From NCBI GenBank assembly GCA_958296085.1, contig OY282433.1, positions 2,960,367-3,024,366 of the forward strand: a stretch of DNA of 64,000 nucleotides, in the 5' to 3' direction. Positions 28,936-35,852 of this stretch are shown in pieces (position 1 is the first letter of the stretch; each line of letters starts with the position of its first letter). The position numbers were made by a program, and so were the translations under genes. Under the pieces are notes generated by a model. It was not told the origin of the DNA and ran no database searches. It saw only the letters and a program-made list of their open reading frames with translations. The stretch comes from an uncultured Gammaproteobacteria bacterium. Lineage in GTDB: Bacteria; Pseudomonadota; Gammaproteobacteria; HK1.

Positions 28936-30147
28936 GTGAGCGCCGCCGTGCAGGGCCGCCTCTCCTCGCCCGTCTCGGCCCGTCTCGCGGCCGTTCAGTC
29001 CCCCATCATCCCGATCGTGATGGACCTCTACCGGCGCCATCCCGGCACCATCTCCCTCGGGCAGGGGGTGGTCGGATACGGCCCGCCGCCCGGGGTCGCG
29101 GACCGGGTCGCCCGGTTCTGCGAGACGCCCGCCCACCATCTCTATCAGCCGGACGAGGGGATCCCCGAGCTGCGCGCCGCCATCGGGGAGAAGCTCGCCC
29201 GGGAGAACGGGATCGACCCGGCCGGGCGGGAGATCATGGTGACCGCGGGCGCGAACATGGGCATGCTGAACGCGCTCATCGCGATCACCGATCCGGGCGA
29301 CGAGGTCATCCTCCCCCGGCCGTACTTCTTCAACCACGAGATGGCGATCCGGATGGCGGGGGCGGCGCCCCGGATCGTGTCCTGCCGTCCGGACCATCAG
29401 CTCGACCTCGGGGCGATCGCGGCCGCCGTCGGCCCCCGCACCCGGGCGGTAGCGACCACTTCGCCCAACAATCCGAGCGGGGCGACCTATCCGGAGGCGG
29501 ACCTCCGGGCGGTGAACGCCCTCTGCGCGGAGCGCGGCCTCTACCACCTGCACGACGAGGCGTACGAGTACTTCGTGCATGACGGGGCGAGGCACTTCTC
29601 GCCGGGTGCGGCCGCGGGGAGCGAGGCGCACACCATCGAGTTCTGGTCCCTCAGCAAGGCCTACGGGTTCGCGAGCTGGCGGGTGGGCTACATGGTCTTT
29701 CCGGCCGGGCTCATGGAGACGCTGCTCAAGGTCCAGGACACGAACGTCATCTGCGCCCCCGCCATCTCCCAGCATGCGGCCCTCGCCTGCCTCGAGGCGG
29801 GCATCGGGTACTGCCGCCCCCGCATCGAGGGGTTCGCCCCGAACCGGGAGCTCCTCCTCGACGCCCTCGCCGGCTTGGGCGACCGGGTGGAGGCATCGCC
29901 CGCGAACGGCGCGTTCTACGTCTTCCTCCGGGTCGGCGGCGGCCGGCCGCTCGACGACATGGCGGTGGTGCGCGAGCTCATCGTCGAGCACGGGGTCGCG
30001 GTGGTCCCGGGGTCCGCGTTCGGCGTCGAGGAGGGGTGCAGCCTGCGGCTTTCCTATGCGGCGGTGGACCGCGACACGATGGCGGTGGGGGCGGGTCGGC
30101 TCGTGGACGGGCTCAGGGCCGTCATCGACAGGAGGAGCGAAGAGTGA
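28936..30147 (+). CDS. PLP-dependent aminotransferase, class I/II
   Basis: Contains SPNNPSGA and a SLSKAYGFASWRVGY block (PLP lysine); 403 aa; GTG start. Confidence 0.85.
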   Translation: MSAAVQGRLSSPVSARLAAVQSPIIPIVMDLYRRHPGTISLGQGVVGYGPPPGVADRVARFCETPAHHLYQPDEGIPELRAAIGEKLARENGIDPAGREIMVTAGANMGMLNALIAITDPGDEVILPRPYFFNHEMAIRMAGAAPRIVSCRPDHQLDLGAIAAAVGPRTRAVATTSPNNPSGATYPEADLRAVNALCAERGLYHLHDEAYEYFVHDGARHFSPGAAAGSEAHTIEFWSLSKAYGFASWRVGYMVFPAGLMETLLKVQDTNVICAPAISQHAALACLEAGIGYCRPRIEGFAPNRELLLDALAGLGDRVEASPANGAFYVFLRVGGGRPLDDMAVVRELIVEHGVAVVPGSAFGVEEGCSLRLSYAAVDRDTMAVGAGRLVDGLRAVIDRRSEE

Positions 30148-31070
30148 ACGTGGAGATCCCCTTCCGGCGAGAGCTCGAGTTCGAGTACGGACGGGTCGAC
30201 CTCATCTCCCCGCCGGGGGCGACCCCCGTGCGGCGGGTGGTCGCCCGCAATCCGAGCGCCTTCACCCTGTACGGGACCGGGACCTACATCATCGGCCGGG
30301 GTCGGGTCGCGGTCATCGATCCGGGGCCGGCGCTCCCCGATCACGTGGAGGCTCTCGCCGCCGCGGTCGCCGGCGAGGAGGTGAGCCACATTCTCGTCAC
30401 CCACACCCACAACGACCATTCGCCCGCGACCCGGCCGTTCAAGGCGAAGGTAGGGGCGGGCGCCGTCTACGGCTACGGTCCGCACGGCTCGGGGCGGGGC
30501 GGGGGGCAGGTGGAGGAGGGGGGCGACATGGAGTTCGTCCCCGAGATCGAGGTCCGGGACGGCGACCTCATCGAGGGTGACGGGTGGTCCTTCGAATGCG
30601 TGCATACGCCCGGCCACACCTCGAACCACGTCTGCTTCGCGCTTCGCGGGGACCGCGTCCTCTTCTCCGGCGACCACGTGATGGGGTGGTCGACCAGCGT
30701 CATCTCTCCGCCGGACGGCGACATGAGCGACTACCTGCGCAGCCTCTCCCGCCTCCTCGAGCGCGACGACGTCCGCTACTGGCCGACGCACGGCCCCTGT
30801 ATCGACGATCCCAAGCCCTACGTCCGCGCGTTCATCGCCCACCGCCGCGAGCGCGAGGAGCAGATCCTCGCGTGTTTGCGGGACGGCGTCGGCCGGATCG
30901 CGGACATGGTGCCGCGGATGTACGCGGGGCTCGCCCCCGGCCTCGTCCCCGCCGCGGGCCGCTCGGTGTTCGCGGCGATGCTCCGTCTCGTCGAGAGCGG
31001 ACAGGTGGTCACGGACGGCGAGCCGGCGGGGGGGGCGGTCTACCGCCTCCCGGAATCCGGCTCCGGCTGA
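30144..31070 (+). CDS. MBL-fold metallo-hydrolase
   Basis: Contains the HTHNDH motif and HTPGHT. I trimmed the start to GTG 30144, which overlaps the upstream stop (GTGA), with GGAGGAG 7 nt upstream. Confidence 0.8.
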   Translation: MNVEIPFRRELEFEYGRVDLISPPGATPVRRVVARNPSAFTLYGTGTYIIGRGRVAVIDPGPALPDHVEALAAAVAGEEVSHILVTHTHNDHSPATRPFKAKVGAGAVYGYGPHGSGRGGGQVEEGGDMEFVPEIEVRDGDLIEGDGWSFECVHTPGHTSNHVCFALRGDRVLFSGDHVMGWSTSVISPPDGDMSDYLRSLSRLLERDDVRYWPTHGPCIDDPKPYVRAFIAHRREREEQILACLRDGVGRIADMVPRMYAGLAPGLVPAAGRSVFAAMLRLVESGQVVTDGEPAGGAVYRLPESGSG

Positions 31071-31245
31071 AGCGCGCGCGGTTCGCCCGGAGCGGGCCGG
31101 CCCTGCCTGCGCCCGGGGCGGGTCTCCCGGACGGCGCCGGGCGCGGCAGACGAATCAGCCGCCGCGGTTGTCTTCCAGCGCCGGTACTCCCCTTCGAGGG
31201 TGCGCCGACCGTGCTCCAGGCGGAGCGCGGCGCCGGCCCGCCGGC

Positions 31246-32517
31246 TCACGCCGCGGCGGGCGCGGCCTCCTGCTCCCGGACGAAGGTGAGGAGCACCGCC
31301 CCGATCACGAGCACCACGATCACGGACAGGATCCCGAGCCGGGAGCTGCCGGTGAGGAGGCCGGTGACCGCCACGAGGGACGGGCCGACGATCGCCGCGA
31401 ACCGCCCCAGCATGTTGAAGAACCCGAAGAACTCGCCACTCTGGGCGGCGGGCACGAAGCGCGCGTAGAGCGAGCGCGAGATCGCCTGCACCCCACCCTG
31501 GACGAGGCCGACGACCACCGCCAGGACGTAGAACTCGATGACGGAGGTCATGAAGTATGCGTAGACGGTGACCGCCACGTACACCACCACTCCGAAGTAG
31601 AGCATCGGCTTCGGGCCGACCCGCCGGGCGGCGAGCCCGAATGCGAGAGCGGCCGGAAACCCGACGAACTGGGTGATGAGGAGGGCCACGATGAGGCTGT
31701 CGGACGGAAAGCCGAGGGCCAGCCCGTAATCCACCGCCATCCGGATGATGGTGTGGACCCCATCGATGTAGAAGAAGTAGGCGATGAGAAAGAGCCCCGC
31801 CATCCGGTGGGCGCGGTGCTCGCGGAGGGTCTTCGCGATCGACCGGAGCCCGGCCGCGACCGCGGAGGTGGTGTCCCCGGTCCGGGGGGGCTCCGGCACC
31901 TGCCGGAAGAGCGGGATGGAGAAGAGGAGCCACCACACCGCGACCGTCACGAAGGACAGGCGCACCGCCTCCGCCGCCCCCGAGAACCCGAACGTCTCGG
32001 GCATGAGCACCATCGCCACGTTGAGGGCGAAGAGGAGGCCGCCGCCGATGTAGCCGAGCGCGTAACCGAAGGAGGACACTTGGTCGTAGCGGTCGGGGGG
32101 GCTCACGGCCATGATGAGGGCGTCGTAGAAGACGATGCCGCCGGAGAACCCGACGGTGGCGAGGACGTAGACGACGGCCGCGGTCGCCCAGTCCCCCTGC
32201 TCGACGAACCACAGCCCGGCCGACATCACGATGCCGAGGGCGGTGAAGACGCCGAGGTACTTCTTGCGCGCCCCGCCGCCGTCCGCGATGGCCCCGAGGA
32301 TCGGCGCCGCGATCAGGATGAAGACGCTCCCGATCGAGTTCGCGAACCCGAGCTGCGCGGTGCTGGTGACCGCGTCCGCCTCCGAGCTCCAGTACTCCTT
32401 GAAGAATACCGGGAAGAAGCCGGCGATGATGGTGGTCGCGAACACCGAGTTCGCCCAGTCATAGAGCGCCCAGGAGAAGACGCGGCGGTCCCGGAACATC
32501 TCGCGGATCGTGCCCAT
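31246..32517 (-). CDS. MFS transporter (UMF1/Atg22-like)
   Basis: About 12 hydrophobic spans, including FSWALYDWANSVF. I trimmed the start to ATG 32517 (MGTIREMF). Confidence 0.8.
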   Translation of the reverse strand: MGTIREMFRDRRVFSWALYDWANSVFATTIIAGFFPVFFKEYWSSEADAVTSTAQLGFANSIGSVFILIAAPILGAIADGGGARKKYLGVFTALGIVMSAGLWFVEQGDWATAAVVYVLATVGFSGGIVFYDALIMAVSPPDRYDQVSSFGYALGYIGGGLLFALNVAMVLMPETFGFSGAAEAVRLSFVTVAVWWLLFSIPLFRQVPEPPRTGDTTSAVAAGLRSIAKTLREHRAHRMAGLFLIAYFFYIDGVHTIIRMAVDYGLALGFPSDSLIVALLITQFVGFPAALAFGLAARRVGPKPMLYFGVVVYVAVTVYAYFMTSVIEFYVLAVVVGLVQGGVQAISRSLYARFVPAAQSGEFFGFFNMLGRFAAIVGPSLVAVTGLLTGSSRLGILSVIVVLVIGAVLLTFVREQEAAPAAA

Positions 32518-32872
32518 GGCCGCCTCCCGACGTCGCTGCACGCGCCGAGTGTAGCGCATCGGCAGGGGACGGGGGGCGGAGGTTGGTCCGGACACGTGCC
32601 CGTCCTCCTGCGGCGGGCGCCGATCCGTTCGCGGTGGTGGGCCGCTACTGCGCTCCAGGCCGCTGTGGTGACCCGAAACACCCGCACCGTCGCGGTGCGG
32701 CTGTCGAGCACCTGCCCCGACCAAGCGTTGTTCCGGCTCCTGGTGCACCGGCTCACCGCCGGATAGCCCGCGGCGAGCGGGCGGTCGTGGAAAAAGGCGT
32801 CCCCGGGTCCCCCCGGACCGGCGCGCTACCCCCGCCGCCAGATCGGCGGAGGCCGATCCCGACCCCGCGGGG

Positions 32873-33067
32873 CTTCTCACCCTCGGCGACGTGTGCGCGC
32901 GGATGCGGGTAGGGCGAAACAAGTGCTGGGAGATCAGGCGCGCCGATTCGACCTTCCCCTCGCCGGTCTTCATCGGGTCGATGGCCAGGTTCCGGGCGGA
33001 GGAGTTCGAGCGGTGGTTCCGCGATTGGCTTGATCAGCTGCCGCGGGAGCGGGAGCCGGCGGCATGA
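32873..33067 (+). CDS. possible AlpA/excisionase-type HTH protein or remnant; start codon unresolved
   Basis: My translation reads LLTLGDVCARMRVGRNKCWEIRRADSTFPSPVFIGSMARFRAEEFERWFRDWLDQL..*. This resembles the short phage/ICE HTH proteins (..FP.P..IG....W...E.E.W.). In-frame GTG 32891 and ATG 32903 both lie after the predicted helix start. Confidence 0.3.
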   Translation, partial: LLTLGDVCARMRVGRNKCWEIRRADSTFPSPVFIGSMARFRAEEFERWFRDWLDQLPREREPAA

Positions 33068-33221
33068 ACGCCGACTGGAACTCCTGTATGGACGCGCGTC
33101 CGTAAGCGTCTGGCCGAGCTGGGGGTGAGCTACTACTGCTGGCCGGACCGCGAGGAGCGGACGGTCGATGGTAGCAGGGGAGGGCCGTGCTCCGATCTCG
33201 ACACCTCTTCGGAGGAGTGGG

Positions 33222-33291
33222 GGTGAAGTCATCTGCCCTTGCCTCCCAAAGACTCAACGAGTGGAGTCTCCGGAAAACCCGGGGCGGTTCA
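33222..33291 (-). mobile_element. 70-nt remnant of an IS3-family left end (terminus TGAACCGC.. at 33291, reading leftward)
   Basis: Its reverse complement matches 38670-38739 in 65 of 70 positions. The match includes the terminal TGA, the 5' UTR and the first 4 codons (ATGACTTCACC) of orfA. Similarity stops abruptly after that point. Confidence 0.7.
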
Positions 33292-33376
33292 ATGCAACCG
33301 AAGCTAGGGTAGCGGAAGGCTACCGGACAGGAGCACCATCAGGCTCGAAGTCAACCGATCTCGAGAGGAGAGAACC

Positions 33377-33658
33377 ATGGACACCCCACAGGCAATGCGC
33401 GAACGAGTCGTCGGCAAGGCGGCGGAGGACAGAGGGTTCCGGTCTCAGTTGATCGAGGACCCCAAGGGAACCATCCAGACGGAGCTCGGCATCAGCCTGC
33501 CGGACTCGCTGTCCGTCGAGGTCCACGAGGAGAGCACCGAGACCGCACACCTCGTGCTGCCACCCGACAGCAAGCTGAGCGAGGGCGACCTGCAGGCGGT
33601 AGCCGGAGGCTTCTTCGGCAGCAGCATGGGGAGCGCCAAGTCGCTGTTGAACTGGTAG
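33377..33658 (+). CDS. NHLP (nitrile-hydratase-like leader peptide) family RiPP precursor; predicted core FFGSSMGSAKSLLNW
   Basis: The leader MDTPQAMRERVVGKAAEDRGFRSQLIEDPKGTIQTELGISLPDSLSVEVHEESTETAHLVLPP..LSEGDLQAVAGG follows the NHLP consensus block by block. It ends in a double-glycine site. Confidence 0.85.
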   Translation: MDTPQAMRERVVGKAAEDRGFRSQLIEDPKGTIQTELGISLPDSLSVEVHEESTETAHLVLPPDSKLSEGDLQAVAGGFFGSSMGSAKSLLNW

Positions 33659-33831
33659 GCGTGGCGGGCTACGCAGAGGGGGAGCGGGGGCGGGGCCGCT
33701 ACAAGATGGTAGCGCGGCAGGCGATGGCCGACCCCCCCGTAGCCCCGAAGGCGACAGGGGAGAAAGGAGAGGAAAGCGAGAACCGATGATCGGACAGGAG
33801 CTATTGTCAAATCTGGTGTACGGGGGGTTGT

Positions 33832-34065
33832 TCATGCGGCGGCTCTGCGGTCCTTGATGACCTCGATGCCGTCGTTGAACGGGACTCCCTCGATGACCTT
33901 GGCGAGGTGTCGGAAGCCACGCAGCCGGCGCCAGGATTTCTCGGCGCACCGGCCCATCTTGTAGACCATCGAGAGCATGGTCTTTCGGGTGACGCAGCCC
34001 TTGGCTCGCGAGCTTTGGTGGCGGATCGTGGCGAAGGCCGATTCGATGACGTTGGCGGTATGACC
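33832..34065 (-). pseudogene. C-terminal fragment of an IS256-family (mutator-type) transposase
   Basis: My reverse translation reads TANVIESAFATIRHQSSRAKGCVTRKTMLSMVYKMGRCAEKSWRRLRGFRHLAKVIEGVPFNDGIEV..*. Only about 75 of the expected ~400 aa are present. Confidence 0.7.
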
Positions 34066-34564
34066 GCGCCGACTACCCCTGCCCCCAGTCGGTCGAGACG
34101 CACATCATCGCCGGCATGGGCGGGCGGATCTACGGGCCGTACACCGGTATCACCTCGGCCCCGATCCCGACTCGCTCGTTCCGCGGATCATGATCCGGGT
34201 GGTTCCCGGAAGCGTCCTCGAAGGAGACCCTCGGTCCTGCGTCGTCTCACTCGTCGCCTGGCGGCAGAAGACCATGGACGAGGCCCGCTGGGAGGGCCTC
34301 AAGTCCGGTCATGAGCGCGAGATCCGGGGATCAAACGTCTGATCGAATCCGCCCCCCGCCCGTAGCCGTCCGGCCGCGCCGGGTTTCGGGCCGAAGGGCC
34401 GCGCTGCCGGCCCCGGTTGGCGGGGGGTCGTGAACCTGTCTCGAAATTGCCATCCGAGCTATGGTCGAAAGTGGTGTAAGGCGCGCAGCCGCTCGGGCTC
34501 CCCCGAGCCGTTCCGCTCCTCGGTGGCGCCGGCAATGGCGGCGCGAGCCGGATACGCGCCATCG

Positions 34565-34598
34565 GATATTTTGCCAAAAAATATATTGCCAAAATATC
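34565..34598 (+). promoter_or_regulatory. AT-rich palindrome/direct-repeat element upstream of the NTPase pair
   Basis: GATATTTTG-N16-CAAAATATC contains TTGCCAAAA twice. It sits about 50 nt upstream of ATG 34650 and is strikingly AT-rich for this genome. Confidence 0.4.
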
Positions 34599-34649
34599 TC
34601 TTGTCGTTTACCGTGACGTTGTTCCGGAGCTCCCGCGGAGGGAACCCGA

Positions 34650-35852
34650 ATGCGCAACGTCATCGGACAGGCCGTCGTCGGCGACGATCTCTACGGGCGA
34701 GACTACGAGCTGGCCCGTCTCTGGGAGACGCTGGAGCAGGGCGAGCACATCCTGATGCTCGCTCCCCGGCGGGTGGGCAAGACCAGCCTGATGCTGGAGC
34801 TCCGCCGCGCACCTCGCGAGAACTGGAACGTCATCTACGTCGATGTCGAGCGGGGCGACGGTCCGGCTGATTTCGTGGCGGCGGTTCTCGCCGCGCTGGC
34901 GGCCGATCGCCGGTATCGGAGCCGTTTCGAGACGATTCCATTCTCGGGCGCGGTCAAGGACGTTCTTGGACGGTTTCAGTCCGTCAGCGTCGATGTCGAC
35001 GTGTTGCGCGTCGAGCTCAAAGGCGCAATCGGCCGTGAGTGGGATCATGCGGCGGACCAGCTTCAGGCGCGTCTGACGAACCTGCCGGCCGCCGGCGCCA
35101 ACCTTCTGATCATCGTCGATGAGTTGCCGTTCCTCGTCTCGCGAATGCTGCGGACCGCTGAACGGAAGCACGACGCCGAGATGCTGCTGTCCCGGCTCCG
35201 GCATTGGCGTCAGGCACCGGAGTTGCGCGGAAAGGTCCGTACGCTGGTCGGGGGATCGATCGGACTCGAAGGAGTCCTGCGGCGTGCGAGCCTTTCGGGC
35301 TTGATCAACGACCTCGCACCGTTCCATCTGGACTCGTGGGACAGGCCCACCGCCGTCGAATTCATGAAGGCACTTGGAAACGGCTGCGATTTCCGTCTCG
35401 ACGATGCATCCATCGCCCGGATCCTGGATCTGCTGCGAGACCCTGTTCCGTACCACGTGCAACTTTTCTTCTCGACTCTGCGCGATGCCTGTAGAAACAA
35501 ACCTTCCCGCGTTTCCCCCGAGATGATCGAACGGTGTTTTGAAGAGCGGCTTGCCGGAGCCAGCGGAACCGCCCACCTCGATCATTACGCGGAGCGCCTC
35601 GAGATTGCATTCGGCGAGCGGGAACACGAAATGGCACGCGACATCCTGGGCCGCGCCTGCCGGCGAGAGGACGGCGCAGGTTTCGCGGAGCTCGAAGACC
35701 TGCGTCAGCGGAGCGGGCAGATGTACTTGTCGGTGCTGCGCGACCTGGAGGCCGACGGTTACGTGAGGCATGAAGGCAGCCGGCTGAAGTTCCGTTCCAA
35801 TCTCTTGCGGAAGTGGTGGCGCAAATACCACGACAGGGGGGTTGCGCCATGA
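34650..35852 (+). CDS. P-loop NTPase (ATPase_2/Arch_ATPase-like) with C-terminal winged-helix-like region
   Basis: Walker A is LMLAPRRVGKTSL and Walker B is LLIIVDELPFL. It is 400 aa, and its stop overlaps the next start (ATGA at 35849-35852). Confidence 0.7.
   Translation: MRNVIGQAVVGDDLYGRDYELARLWETLEQGEHILMLAPRRVGKTSLMLELRRAPRENWNVIYVDVERGDGPADFVAAVLAALAADRRYRSRFETIPFSGAVKDVLGRFQSVSVDVDVLRVELKGAIGREWDHAADQLQARLTNLPAAGANLLIIVDELPFLVSRMLRTAERKHDAEMLLSRLRHWRQAPELRGKVRTLVGGSIGLEGVLRRASLSGLINDLAPFHLDSWDRPTAVEFMKALGNGCDFRLDDASIARILDLLRDPVPYHVQLFFSTLRDACRNKPSRVSPEMIERCFEERLAGASGTAHLDHYAERLEIAFGEREHEMARDILGRACRREDGAGFAELEDLRQRSGQMYLSVLRDLEADGYVRHEGSRLKFRSNLLRKWWRKYHDRGVAP

Noticed and set aside
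32970-33257. ORFs 32970..33257(-) and 38383..38802(+) share the peptide SLWEARADDFT, hinting at paralogous proteins.
   Set aside because: The shared peptide is an out-of-frame reading of the inverted IS3-end repeat. The real conserved frame is the OrfA start MTSP..
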